Below are positions 49,692 to 62,871 of a stretch of 64,000 nucleotides of DNA, piece after piece (within the stretch, counting starts at the first letter, position 1; each line of letters begins with the position of its first letter). This DNA comes from Leucoraja erinacea (taxonomy: Eukaryota): NCBI RefSeq assembly GCF_028641065.1, contig NC_073381.1, forward strand, positions 84,754,001-84,818,000, in the 5' to 3' direction. The notes under the pieces were generated by a model. That model was given only the letters and a program-made list of their open reading frames with translations. It did not search any database and was not told the DNA's origin. Both the position numbers and the translations under genes were made by a program.

Positions 49692-51126
49692 TGATGTGTA
49701 ATGAGACCCATACACAGGAGTAACAACTCATAGTGCTTTATTGTAACACAAGTGGAGGAAACATTACTTGCTATCGTCTCCGTAGTCAGCATCAAGTCCG
49801 ACCATGAGATGGTGAAGTACCGTTATCAATAGTCCGGGGTAGGGATAAAGATCCGGACTGGACTATATGGAATGTGCAGCGTGCATAATATGTGTGGTGA
49901 TAGATATAGTAAAGGTAGGCTAATATAGTTAATCTACATCCTTCATCTTAAGGAATTAACCCATAATAAAATAGATATGATAATCAAATGTTAAGAATAC
50001 ACCACAACATGCAAAATATATGTGGCACTGATTACATGTGGTAAGTATAAGTAAGCTGAAGGGAATAACACCAACGGCAGTTCAAACGTAATCCTGGTAC
50101 TTTGGGTTAGGCTTGCAGGTGCGAGCTGCACGTGTACGGTACAGTCCTACATTTCCTCCCTTCACTGGAGATGAGATCGGTGGTAGAACAGGAGCAGGAG
50201 AATGACACAGCATCGCCAGCGGCGAAACTGGAGACCTTGGCAGGGGTTCGAGTTGGCGTGGTCGTAGGTGAGGTGATTGGATCAAGTATGGCTTGCACAG
50301 TGTTATGATCGGGCCGGGGATAGGGATGGTAGTATGCTTGTGTGGTCGGGATGAAATGGAGGAGGTGCTTGTCCACCCGCAGGCAGGATATGCTGTCTAT
50401 TACGTCTCTAGGTCTGTAGGTGACCAGATATGAACGTGGTTTGGGAGCAGTTCCAGATATTACACCGAGGTGGTCGTGACCCTTTTCTGTTTGCAGACGG
50501 ACTACTTGTCCCTTGGCTAGTGGTGGAAGTGGTCTGCTCACTTTGTCATACCATCTTTTATGAATGTCGCGCTTTTGTTGTAGCTTGGACTGGATTTCAG
50601 ATGGTGAGCGAACTTGTGCTTCTAATGTTTGTTTTGCCACAGGTAGTGTGGCGGGGTCTGTCTTGACATCAGACGCTGGGCGGGTAAACTGTAGATTAGT
50701 GACTCATGTTATGAGTCATGCATTTGTAGCTTTACTTGGCATGGTCTAGAACCCTCTTTAAGTCATTGATGAATACATGACCCATGTAGTTCATCTCACT
50801 CACCTGGAATTTGCACTTTAGGGGGTTAAACGAGGTTGATTTACTTGGCATGGTCTAGAACCCTCTTTAAGTTCACGTCATGTTCTTGGATATTTTGTCC
50901 AGCAATGAGAATGTCATCGACAATAATTGAGCATGGGTAACCAGCAAATAGTTGTTCCATGGTGCGCTGAAATTCTTCACTTGCCGAGTTTACGCCGAAC
51001 GGCATGCGTAGGAATTTGTAACGTCCAAAAGGTGTGCTGAACGTGGTTAGCTTGGAAGTGTTGTTATCCAAAGGAGTGTGTGTGTTGATAGATATAGTAA
51101 AGGTAGGCTAATATAGTTAATCTACA
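49692..51126 (-). mobile_element. Internally deleted Gypsy/Ty3 LTR retrotransposon
   Basis: RT piece TTFSTPFGRYKFLRMPFGVNSASEEFQR...IIVDDILIAG and integrase C-tail. 3' LTR 49692-49938 (TG...CA, AATAAA) follows a purine tract. A 41-bp 5' LTR remnant lies at 51086-51126. TSD gttac/gttaa. Confidence 0.85.
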
Positions 51127-51899
51127 GTTAAAAAAACAGTAATGGCATCTGGATGACAGAACAGATGATGTTAAGGTTACAAGCACTTTACAAACTGACC
51201 TAGCCAGTTTATGAGACAGGGACATAACATGGCACTATGCATATTTGTCATAAGTTTATGATTGAGTCGGTCATTATTTCATGTATTAAAATACACATAA
51301 AAGTACGAAAAGTGGGGGCAATTGATTCAACAGTCAGAAATATAAAGATTGTTTGAACAAAGCTGCAGATACTGGTTGAACAGTCGAACAACAGTCCTTG
51401 GATCACTTTGCATAAATAAAGAATAATGAAACAACTTCATTAAGAGTCATCCAGAATATACCGACAAAAATACCATTTACATGATTGATGTAATTGTATG
51501 TGTGTCTGATGCTATAAAAATGTATGATGAACAAGCACTCATCCTGGCACAGACATTCTATCTTTTGTAGTAGTGTAATGACGGCAGTTGTTCTTTGCTC
51601 TGTAGAAAACATATTTACATTTGTGTAGTACAGAAAAAAACAGCACAAGCCAATCAGATTTCTTAGCAACATTGTGGGAAAAAAAATTCAACCATGCTTT
51701 GTCACGGTAGTGGGTTTGTGTAAACTGATTCTACCAAAAATTTTAGGATCACAATTAATTTTCAATCAGCTGGGTTGGTCTTGCACAGTGCATTCCCATT
51801 GCTATGTAATATTGCAATTAGACCTTTCCTCCCTGTTGTGCTTGAAGATTCTAAAGCCTGGCTGATTGAAAAGATCAACATACAAAGGATTAACAGTAA

Positions 51900-52930
51900 C
51901 TTGAATTTATAAATGGTTTACTGATAGAAGACAAAGGGTTGTGGTAGAAGGACAATATTCAGACTGGAGGTGTGTGTTCAGTGGAGTTCTTCAGGCTCTG
52001 TGCTGGGACCTCTGCCATTTGTGGTATTTATAATTGGATGCAAATGTGGATGGGTTGGTTAGTAAGTTTCCAGATGACACCAAGATTGCTGAAGTCGTAG
52101 ACTGTGAGGAAGGCTGTTAAAGTACACAGTGGGATTTAGATCAGCTAAAGAAATGAGCAGAGATATGGCAGATGGAGTTTACTCCTAGCAAGTGTGAGTT
52201 GTTACTTTGGGAGGTTAAATGCAAGGAGAAAATACACAGTTCATGGCAAGATCCTTACCGAGGGATCAATGTACAGAGGGATCTAGGGGTCCAAGTCCAT
52301 AACTCGCTGAAAATGGCAATACAAGTAGATAGAGTGACAAATAAGGCATATGGTAGGCATTGAGTATACGAGTCAGGAAGTCATAATGCAACAATATGGC
52401 TTCGGTTAGGTGGCATTTGGAGTATTGCAGGAAGTCCGGTCACCCAATACAGGAAGAATGTGGTTTTTTGGCAGAAAAGGTTTATCGGAATGATGGCAGG
52501 GTTAGAGGATATTACCTTTACGGACAGGATGGATAGACTGGGATTGTTTTCTCTGGAAAGCTGAAGGTTGAGGGGAAACCTAATAGAAGTATAGAGAGGT
52601 GTGGATAGGGTAAACAGTCAAAACTCTTCTCGGCTGGAAATATCAAATACTGAAGGGCATACGTTTAAGGTAAGAGGGGCAGAGTTTAAAAGAGATGTGC
52701 GGAGCAATATTTTTTATACAGATGGTGGTGGGTGCCTGGAACTCATTGCAAGGCATGGTGATGGAGGCAGACATGATAGTGGCATTCAAGCAACTTTTGG
52801 ATAGGCACATGAATATGCAGGGAATGGAGAGATATGGATCATGTGCAGGCAGATAAGAGAATGGTCTTGGTATCGTTAGGCACAGACATTATGGGCTGAA
52901 GGGCTGTCCCTGGGTTGTATTATTCTATGA
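51900..52930 (+). mobile_element. Degenerate CR1 RT/3' end
   Basis: GSVLGPL, KFPDDTKI, QRDLGVQVHNSLK, LRGNLIEVY, tail. Confidence 0.75.
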
Positions 52931-53924
52931 GATGAAGTACAGGAAAGAGATCAGGAATTTTTGTATCATGGTGTCAGGACAACCGAGTCTTTAATGTTAG
53001 CAAGATTAAAGAGTTGGTTGTAGACCCGAGGAAGTGATTGGATAAAAACAACCCTTTACTCTTAATGGAGCTGCTACAGAGATGGTCGACAGCTTCAAGT
53101 TCCTAGTAATCAAAATCACTACAAATCTAACCTGGTCTCTTCATACTGATGCGTGATCAAGAAAGCACATAAGTGTATTTGCTTTCTTAAGTGTCTGAGA
53201 AGATTGGACATGTCCTCAAGTATTCTTTTGAGGTTACTCCATATTTGGAATTAGCTGCAAGAGGATCTATAGAAGCAGATATGATTATCACTTTTAAAAG
53301 GCATTTGGACACATGATTTGTATAGGAACGGTTTAGAGGGCATGGGCCAAACGCAAATAAATGGGACTAGTCCAGTATAGCAACTTGATCGGCATGGGCA
53401 AGGTGGGGCAAAGAGCCGGTTTCCATGCTATATAACTCTCTTGTGGGGCCATCTACATGTTGTTTTAGAAAACGTTCCTGGACACATTCAACAAATTCTG
53501 TCCCACCTGAGCCTTTCGCACAATGTCAGATCTAGCTGACATGACAAGTTGAAATTACCTTCTATTAGAAGCCTATTTTTCTTAGAGCTAGCTGTGATCA
53601 TGGAAACATAAAAACATAGAAAATAGGTGCGGGAGTAGGCCATTCGGCCCTTCAAGCGATTCTTAGGAATTGGATTTGCATGTATTTGGAAAAGAACGGG
53701 ATAATTAGGGACTGACAGTATGACTTTGTCTGTGGCAGGTCATGTCTTGCAAGCTTGGTTTGAGTATTTTGAGGAGATGAAAAGGATTTGACATGGTGGA
53801 AAGTTGTCATTCAGGCTAAATGTCTGACCAGTGGTGTTCCTCAGGGGTTGCTGGGACTGGGACCTTTGCTGTTGTGATAAACTTTGGTATAAATGTTCAT
53901 GGGTTGGTTTGTAAGTTTGCCAGG

Positions 53925-54695
53925 GGACCTATGCGAGGATCCTGATTGTTGATTTTAGCTCTGCATTCAACATCATTGTGCCAGAGCTACTACACTCCAA
54001 ACTTTCCGAGTTGACTGTGCCTGAACCCCTCTGTCAGTGGATCACCACTTCCTGACAGACAGAAAGCAGCATGTGAGGCTGGGAAAGCACATCTTGGACC
54101 CGCAAACGCTCAGCATAGGAGCACCGCAAGGCTGCGTACTCTCTCCTCTTCACTCTCTACACGAACGACTGCACCTCCAGACACCCCTGTCAAGCTTCTC
54201 AAGTTTGCGGACAACACAACCCTGATTGGACTGATCCAGGATGGGGAGGAATCTGCCAAACAGACAGGAAGTGTCACAGCTGGTGTCCTGGTGCTGTAGC
54301 AACAATGCTCTTAAGACAGTGGAATTGATTGTAGACTTTAGGAGTGCTCCCCCTCCCCTCACCCCACTCACCATCAACAACACCACAGTCACATCTGTGG
54401 AGTCTTTTAAGTTCATGGGAACTATCATCTCCAAGGACCTTAAGACCTACCATCAACTCCACAGTCAAAAAGGCACAACAGAGGATGTACTTCCTGCGGC
54501 AGCTGAGGAAGCACATTCTGCCACAGGCAATGATGGTCCAATTCTACACGGCCATCGTAGAGATTGTTCTCACCTTCTCCATCATGGTCTGGTTTGGCTC
54601 AGCCACCAAGCATGACACCTGGAGGCTGCAGCGAATCGTCCGATCAGCAGAGGATTGACTGCAACCTTCCCTCCCAACTGCACACTGCAAGGGCC
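53925..54695 (+). mobile_element. L2-like RT fragment
   Basis: YARILIVDFSSAFNII, GAPQGCVLSPL, KFADNTTLIGLI, KKAQQRMYFLRQLRK. Confidence 0.8.
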
Positions 54696-54696
54696 A

Positions 54697-55548
54697 GGGG
54701 GGGGGGAGAGGAGGAGGAGGGGGGGGAGAGGAGGAGGGGGGGGGGGAGAGGAGGAGGGGGGGGGGGAGGAGGAGGGGGGGGGGGGAGAGGGGGGGGGGGG
54801 GGGGGGAGGGGTGGGGGGGAGGAGGAGGAGGGGGGGNNNNNNNNNNNNNNNNNNNNNNNNNNNNNNNNNNNNNNNNNNNNNNNNNNNNNNNNNNNNNNNN
54901 NNNNNNNNNNNNNNNNNNNNNNNNNNNNNNNNNNNNNNNNNNNNNNNNNNNNNNNNNNNNNNNNNNNNNNNNNNNNNNNNNNNNNNNNNNNNNNNNNNNN
55001 NNNNNNNNNNNNNNNNNNNNNNNNNNNNNNNNNNNNNNGAGGAAGGGGGGAGGAGAGGTGAGAGATGGGAGAGGAGGGGAGGAGAGAGGACGGGAGGGGA
55101 GAGGTGGAGAGGGGAGAGGAGGAGAGGGGGGGAGAGAGGGAGGAGAGGGGGGGAGAGGAGGAGAGGGGGGGGAGGAGAGGGGGAGGGAGGGGGGGGAGAG
55201 GAGAGGGGGGGGAGGGAGAGGAGGAGAGGGGGGGGGGAGAGGAGGAGAGGGGGGGAGGAGAGGAGGAGGAGGGGGAGGAGGGGGGGAGAGGAGGGAGAGG
55301 GGGAGGAGAGGAGGAGGAGGAGGAGGGAGAGGAGGAGAGGGAGGAGAGGGGGGGGGGAGAGGAGGAGGAGGAGAGGGAGGGGAGGAGAGAGGGGAGGGAG
55401 AGGAGAGGAGGAGGGGGAGAGGAGGAGAGAGGAGGAGTGGGAGGGGGGAGAGGAGGAGAGGGGGGGGGGAGGGAGGGGGGGAGAGGGGGGGGGAGAGGGG
55501 AGAGGGGGGAGAGGACGGGAGGAGAGGAGGGGAGGATGGAGAGAGAGA
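54697..55548 (+). repeat. G/A polypurine low-complexity tract enclosing a ~200-N assembly gap (54837-55038)
   Basis: (GGA/GGGA)n runs visible directly; N run. Confidence 0.95.
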
Positions 55549-55685
55549 GTGCCTTTTTACTTCAACCCAAACCCAAACAACTATTTGCAGGCAGTGTTTA
55601 TTTTACCTCTAACCATATTTTCATTTTTAAACCAAATTAAGGGTACTCACAGTGCTGTAGACATTTGTCAGTGTCATTCAAAGCT

Positions 55686-55786
55686 CTGATTGAGGCACAC
55701 CACTTGCAGAGACTGATTGAGGCACACCACTTGCAGAGACTGATTGAGGCACACCACTTGTAGAGACTGATTGAGGCACACCACTT
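55686..55786 (+). repeat. 27-bp tandem repeat, about 4 copies, inside an unclassified repeat (~55550-55940)
   Basis: (agagac)tgattgaggcacaccacttg(c/t) repeated. Confidence 0.85.
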
Positions 55787-56874
55787 CCTGGTTTTATAGT
55801 CCCTCCCCCTGCTGCCAGCGGGGGCAGCAGAGAGAATGGAGAATTTTGTAAAATCATTAATATCCCTGTCATATTTCGTCGACAGGAAATATCCTTGGCA
55901 CACATACGGCGGAGGGGGGCTCTGAGCGAGGTGGCCAAAACTGGGCAAGTGTGAGGTATTATTCTTCGGGAGGTCAAATGAAAGGGGAAAATATACTGCT
56001 CATGACAGGACCCTTAACAGGAATGATTAGCAGAGGGATCTTGTAGTACAAGTCCATAGCTCCCTGAAATAGCAACACAAACAATAGTGTGCAAAATAAG
56101 TCAATATGCTTGCCTTCATCGGTCATGGCAATGAGTGTAAAAGTCAGGAAGCCATGTTGCAGTTTTATTTAGGCCACATTTGGATGTGTATAGTTCTGGT
56201 CACCCTATTAGAAGAAGGAAGTAAAGTTTTTGGAGAGGGTGCAGTAGAAAGATACCAACATTCTGCCTGGATTAGACGGTATTAGCTACAAAGGAAAGAT
56301 TGGACAAACTTGGATTGTTCCTGTGGAGCAGGGAAGATGTATAAAACCTTTGCATCTCAAAATATAGGATAGGCAGTCAGAATTCCCAGGTTTTTCCCAG
56401 GTGGAATTATCAAATAGAGGACATAGCTTTAAATTGAAGGAAAGTTGAAAGAACATAAGCTCCCAAAGCAATGCTCATACATTTTCCCGCCAGGGTATTG
56501 GTTATTCTTGAGTTCAGATGCAGTCCATCTCTACTGTACAGGTGCAGCCTGTCTCTATTGTACAGGAGAACCCTCTTTCCCTGGAAGCGTGCCTACTGAT
56601 CCATATACCCAAAGCCATACCTCCTGCACCAGTTCATTAGCCATTATTTAAACACACAATTTTACCATTTCTTGCTTCACTAGCTTGTGGTATGGAAAAT
56701 AATACTGAGATTATAGATCTAGAAGTCCTATTTTTTAACCTTTCTGACTCACTAAATGCTCTTTGCAGGTCCTCACCTCTCTTCCAACCTATGCCATTGG
56801 TGCCAATATGGACCACAAGTCTTTCCCATTCAGAATGTCCAATGCCCGCACTCCTATCATTGGTGCTGCTATTA

Positions 56875-56876
<2 letters not shown>

Positions 56877-56919
<43 letters not shown>
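56877..56919 (+). repeat. (TAT)n microsatellite
   Basis: About 14 TAT units. Confidence 0.95.
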
Positions 56920-57599
56920 CAGATATTATCAAGTAACAGTGAAAAACTATCTTTCCATGATACCAGTCAACTCGTACTGTACCAGGAGTACAATCCAGCC
57001 ATACACTGAACAACAGGTAGTGCAAGGAGAAAAATATCACAATGCAAAATATAGCGTTAGAGCATAATAGCATTACAGTTACAGAGAAAGTGTAAATAAA
57101 AAAATATTGTAAGTTGGGAGATTTTATGAGAAGACGGTTCAGTCATGTCAGGTAATGAAGACGCTGTTGAGCCACTCTTTGGAAAGTGAACCAAATGTCA
57201 CACACATTACCAAATGGCATCACATAAAGTAATACATTAAAACATGTATTGTTTTACCTACAGAACTATAACACATGTCTGCTAAAGATATGAACATTCT
57301 AGCTTTTTAAAATTGACACGAGTTTATAAAGTAAAACTGAGTTATGAAAAAAATGCTTCCTTGTGAGGTCACACACGTGACCAGTCATATTTGACCTGAC
57401 CCGAAACAAACATTGTCAGCATTACATAAATATTTCACTTGATAAACCTCAAAATAAAAAGAATCATATATACAGTACAAACCAATATATCTGTAATGCT
57501 TTCAGAATTAGAAGAAGTGTTTTCCACAAATTTTCCCACATTTTTGGCCACACACATAACTAAGAATGGGCCTGTTCCTGATTCTGATGGAACTTTTCG

Positions 57600-58040
57600 A
57601 GCTTTTGTATCTTCTGGCAGAAGAGAGAAGCCAGTATAACTGGTGTGTAAATAGTCCTTGATTATGTTGGCTGCTTTCCCGAGGCAGCGTGAAGTATAGA
57701 GGGAATCGATGGAGGAGTAGGACAGATTTCTGTGATGGATTGGGGTAGATCCACAACTCTCTGCAATTCTTTGTAATTTTGACAGAGCTATGGCCAAACA
57801 AAGCTGTGACGCATCCCAATAGGATGCTTTTTATGGTGCATCTGTGGTAACTGCTTTGAGTCATTGGAGACATGCTGCACTTCGTTAGTCTTCTGAGGAA
57901 GTAGAGGCATTGGTGTGTTTTCTTGACAGTAGCTTCAATGTGCGCAAAGGACAGATTGTTGGTGATATTTACACTTAGGAATTTTAAGTTCTCTATTGAT
58001 GCTAACTGTGGTGCATATACCACCTTGTTTCCTGAGGTCA
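57600..58040 (-). mobile_element. L2-like fragment
   Basis: LKFLSVNITNNLS...KKTHQCLYFLRRL...IKSILLGCVT. Confidence 0.75.
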
Positions 58041-58501
58041 ATAACTATGTCCAACCCTGCTCTATAGCAGAGCCAGTCATGGTATCATTGATCTGGTTGC
58101 TGCTGCTATTTCCCCCAGAGAGCTTAACGCTCTGACTCTGAAATTTGTTCCTCATTCTGGCCAAACCATCTCTTAAATGATGCCGAATGAAAGCGAGGGA
58201 GTCCTTGCAACTCTCCCACAAAATACTTTCTTGTTTTTTACCTCCACCCAAACAACTTTGACATCCTAGATATATGAAATTCGGTCATCTCTCTTTATTG
58301 CATCGTCAAAATTATATACTAGCTCCGTTAAATGCTGCTCAACTTTGCCTCCGTTTGAGTGTTGAGTTTTCTATATCCCAGGAAATCCATATTAGAACAT
58401 CTATTGCTTCCAAGACATTACTGATTTATATTAAACTTCCTGCTTAGTGTCACAGATACAGAATATCAAAATTACTTTTCATTACATGCTGAGGCTTTTA
58501 C

Positions 58502-58743
58502 CTTCAAAATTGGCTTCCAGTTGAGAGTAGAAGAACTTATATAGACCATCCCCATTCTGGATACCGTGGCTGGAGATGCATTCTCAATGTTGTGTACTTC
58601 AAACAATAGTTTGCAAGAAGGCGCCATTGGAATACGGTCACCATTAGCCAAAGTTAAGGTCTTATTGTCATCCAATACGGAATTTAAATTTTCAATCCAA
58701 ATAGCATCTACTGGGCCATCTAGAACAATCCAGATATTCTCAC
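58502..58743 (-). CDS. DNAH8: DNAH8-like exon 2 (AAA2 Walker B)
   Basis: (G)[71 protein letters not shown]; tttctag acceptor, AAG|gtaaaa donor; 242 nt, phase 1 to 0. Confidence 0.95.
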
Positions 58744-59532
58744 CTAGAAATCAAAGTTACAAAACCCACACAAAGGCATTAAATATTAATTTGTTCTGTG
58801 AACAATAGATACTCTATAACTGTATCTTCATTGGATTTTGCAAGACTTCAGAACTGATTCACATTGTTACATTTAATTAAAATATAATTTGAATTACTTT
58901 ACAGAGTTAGAATTTGTTTTGAAAAGAGTCAAGTGTTTTATTGTCATATGTCCCAGATAGGACAATTAAATTCTTTGGCTGTAGGGAAGAAGTTGTTCCT
59001 GAACCTGGACATTACAGTTTTCAGGCTCCTGCACCGTCTTCCCGATGGCAATGGTGAAATGAGTGTGTGGCCAGGATGATGTGGGTCTTTGATGATGTTG
59101 GCTGCCTTTTTGGGGGGGAGATGTCATGGGGTGTGAATAACCCGGTGGGGAGGGGGACAGGGGGGGTGGGGTGGCTGTGAATAACCCATAGAGGGGAGGG
59201 GGCTGAGGTGTGAATAACCCGGGGTGGGGGGTGTGGCACTAGGTAGCTTGAGAGCCCATTGTGATTGGTGCACTGAGAGTGGCATTGTGACATCTTTGGA
59301 ATCTGCTGGAAAAAAGGCTGAAAAAAACTTTAATCGTGAATAACTTGTGAAATATAGGACGAACGCGAGTACGACATGGAGAGGAAAAAATGTGTTAGAA
59401 TATGTAAAAATGTAAGCGCTAGCGCATAGCGTTTTGAGGAAGATACAAAACAAACACGAACACACACGCACACAAGATGAGACTTTTATAGGTAAAGAGA
59501 TGTAGCTGGCTGAAGGGCATGTCTTTCTCCTA

Positions 59533-61152
59533 CAGTAAAAATACTTGCAAAAGTATTCATACCCCTTGAACTTTTGCACATTTTGTCACGTTACAACCAC
59601 AAACGTAAATGTATTTTATTGGGATTTTATGTGATAGACCAACACAAAGTGGCGCATAATTGTGAAGTGAAGGAAAATGATACATGGTTTTCAAATTTTT
59701 TTACAAATAAAAAACTGAAAAGTGTGGCGTGCAAAAGTATTCAGCCCCCTTTACTCTGATAACCCTAAATAAAATCCAGTGCAACCAATTGCCTTCAGAA
59801 GTCACCTAATTAGTAAATAGAGTCCACTTGTGTGTAATCTAATCTCAGTATAAATACAGCTGTTCTGTGAAGGCCTCAGAGGTTTGTTAGAGAACATTAG
59901 TGACAAACAGCATCATGAAGCCCAAGGAACACACCAGACAGGTCAGGGATAAAGTTGTGGAGAAGTTTAAAGCAGGGTTAGGTTATAAAAAATATCCCAA
60001 GCTTTGAGCATCTCACAGAGCACTGTTCAATCCATCATCCGAAAATGAAAAGAGTATGGCACAACTGCAAACCTACGAAGACATGGCCGTCCACCTAAAC
60101 TGACAGGCCGGGCAAGGAGAGCATTGATCAGAGAAGCAGCCAAGAGGCCCATGGTAACTCTGGAGGAGCTGCAGAGGTCCACAGCTCAGGTGGGAGAATC
60201 TGTCTACAGGACAACTATTAGTCGTGCATTCCACAAATCGGGCCTTTATGGAAGAGTGGCAAGAAGAAAGCCATTGTTGAAAAAAAGCCATAAGAAGTCC
60301 CGTTTGCAGTTTGCCACAAGCCATGTGGGGGACACAGCAAACATGTGGAGGAAGGTGCTCTAGTCAGATGCGACCAAAATTGAAGTTTTTGGCCTAAATG
60401 CAACACGCTATGCGTGCCGGAAAACTAACACTGCACATCACCCTGAACACACCATCCCCACTGTGAAACATGGTGGTGGCAGCATCATGCTGTGGGCATG
60501 TTTTTCTTCAGCAGGGACAGGGAAGCTGGTCAGAGTTGATGGGAAGATGGATGGAGCCAAATACAGGGCAATCTTGGAAGAAAATCTGTTAGAGTCTGCA
60601 AAAGACTTGAGACTGGGGCGGAGGTTCACCTTCCAGCAGGACAACGGCCCTAAACATACAGCCAGAGCTACAATGGAATGGTTTAGATCAAAGCATATTC
60701 ATGTGTTAGAATGGCCCAGTCAAAGTCCAGACCTAAATCCAATTGAGAATCTCTGGCAAGACTTGAAAATTGCTGTTCACAGACGCTCTCCATCCAACCT
60801 GACTGAGCTTGAGCTATTTTGCAAAGAAGAATGGGCAAAAATTTCAGTCTCTAGATGTGCAAAGCTGGTAGAGACATACCCCAAAAGACTTGCAGCTGTA
60901 ATTTCAGCGAAAGGTGGTTCTACAAAGTATTGACTCAGGGGGGCTGAATACTTTTGTACGCCACACTTTTCAGTTTTTTATTTGTTAAAAAAAATTGAAA
61001 ACCATGTATCATTTTCCTTCCACTTCACAATTATGCGCCACTTTGTGTTGGTCTATCACATAAAATCCCAATAAAATACATTTACGTTTGTGGTTGTAAC
61101 GTGACAAAATGTGCAAAAGTTCAAGGGGTATGAAAACTTTTGCAAGCCACTG
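59533..61152 (+). mobile_element. Tc1/mariner transposon (DD34E, Passport-like), full length and defective
   Basis: TA TSDs at 59531-32 and 61153-54; ~220-bp TIRs. Transposase runs from ATG 59915 to TGA 60933 ([20 protein letters not shown]-34aa-PIENLW) with one frameshift and two premature stops. Confidence 0.95.
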
Positions 61153-61869
61153 TATATCTCGGTTTTTATTGAGGATGGTGTAACGTCTCCTCATGTTCCA
61201 TCGCGCCATGGCTACCTAACTTAATGAAGAAAAGATTAAAGTATAATCCCTCCACATCAGTCTGAGGAAGGGTCTCTACCCGAAGCTTCACCCATTCCTT
61301 CGCTCCATAGATGCTGCCTCACCCGCTGAGTTTCTCCAGCATTTTTCTCTACCAAAGTATAGATTCAGATTAGTTTATAGCCATATACACCCAAGTCCAA
61401 TGAAATTTCTATTACGCATGTAGCTCACAGAGTAAACAATATACTTTGAGTAATACTAAATCTGATAGGAGTGGGGAAGAAGCTGTTCCTAAGTCTGGAT
61501 GTCTGAGATGTGAAGCTCCTGCAACTTTTCCCAGCAGTAGAAGAGAGGAAAGGGCGTGGAAGGCATCCTCATGATCCTGTAGAAACAAGGAACTGCGGGT
61601 GCTGGTTTACAAACAAAAAAGTCATAAAGTGCTGGAGTATCTCAGCAGGTCAGGCAACATCTCTGAAGAACTGGGGAAGGGACCATATCCAAAACGTCAC
61701 CCATCCCTATTCTCCAGATATGCTGCCTGACCGGAAGAGTTACTCCAGCATTTTGTGCCTTTTTAAAAAAATCCTTATGGGACTTCCAGCCTTCTTGATG
61801 CATTGCACCGTGAAGATGTAAGTAAGCGATAAGCCTAAGGTGGAACGGGTTGTCTTCTCTACTCTCTAC

Positions 61870-62420
61870 AGGTTTGGGTAGTTAGGAGTTGATCAGATGC
61901 CATACCAGGCTGATATGCATCCCGTACCCTCTATAGCGCATCTGTAGAATTGAGAGAATCCTTGAAGACACGTCAAATCTTCTCAGCACCTCAGAAAACA
62001 AATACACGGATACACGCTTTCAAGATCACCTCATCAGTATTAAGGGTCCAGGCTAGTTTGCTGGTTATTATCGATGCCTAGAAACTTAAATTCGTTGACC
62101 ATCTCGACAGCATCTCAGTTGATGAGGACTGGGCTACGTTCACTCCCACACTTCCTTAGGTCAACAACCAACTATTTTGTCTCACCGATGTTAAGGGCTA
62201 GGTCATGGTCCCAACATTATGAACAAGGTTCTCAATTCCTTTTCCTATATTTCGTCTGATCATTGTTGATCATCTGGCCGACAACAATTATATCATTAGC
62301 GAACCTATGGATCGAGTTGGTGTTGTACTTGGCCACACAGTCATGGATGTACAGGGAATAGAACAAGGGACTGAGTACAGTACTTTGACGGACACTAGGG
62401 TTTATCTTAATATAGCTATC
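61870..62420 (-). mobile_element. Degenerate L2-like fragment
   Basis: VLSPLFYSLYIHDCVAKY...RFAND, FKFLGI remnants. Confidence 0.65.
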
Positions 62421-62624
62421 TGGAGAATTGTTTATCATGTTGGTGTCAAGTAGATTAAAATTTATAATATTCTGATCAATAATATGTTATTATACTTTTG
62501 GATAATGTTTTATCCTCACAGCCTGGACAATTGTCCTGCTTACATCCCATTGAAATGTATCTGTCTCACTGGTTTAAAAAAAATGTAAACAACTTACAAT
62601 TCAGAATTTCAAAATTAGAGTTAC

Positions 62625-62871
62625 CTTTTTTTGCTTTAATGGATTTTCTCCAAAGAGTTGAGAAGATTCCATCAGTCCAGTCATTAGTTGCTGTATCCAA
62701 TCGCCCAAACATCTGTGGAGCTGTAATAGCCTTAGGATTCATTCTCATCTCCCGATGAGGGGCTCCACATTCAGTCATTGCTCGCATGAGGATGCGAATG
62801 ACGCAAGTCTTTCCAGAACCACTGGGACCCAGTGTCATTAGCCCATGACGAACTCTGGCTGTTTCATATAG
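62625..62871 (-). CDS. DNAH8: Axonemal dynein heavy chain (DNAH8-like), exon 1 of 11 in window (AAA2 P-loop)
   Basis: [22 protein letters not shown]...[33 protein letters not shown]; ttccag acceptor, G|gtaac donor; 247 nt, phase 0 to 1. Residues resemble recalled DNAH8 more than DNAH5. Confidence 0.93.

Noticed and set aside
54564-55689. Long Gly/Glu/Arg-rich ORFs (up to 344 aa)
   Set aside because: They are artefacts of a stop-free polypurine tract and the N gap.
56692-57073. Poly-Tyr / poly-Asn ORFs
   Set aside because: They are translations of a (TAT)n microsatellite.
9080-62871. Assignment of the dynein to DNAH5
   Set aside because: Diagnostic stretches ([46 protein letters not shown]) match recalled DNAH8 rather than DNAH5. 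A phylogeny or synteny check would confirm this.
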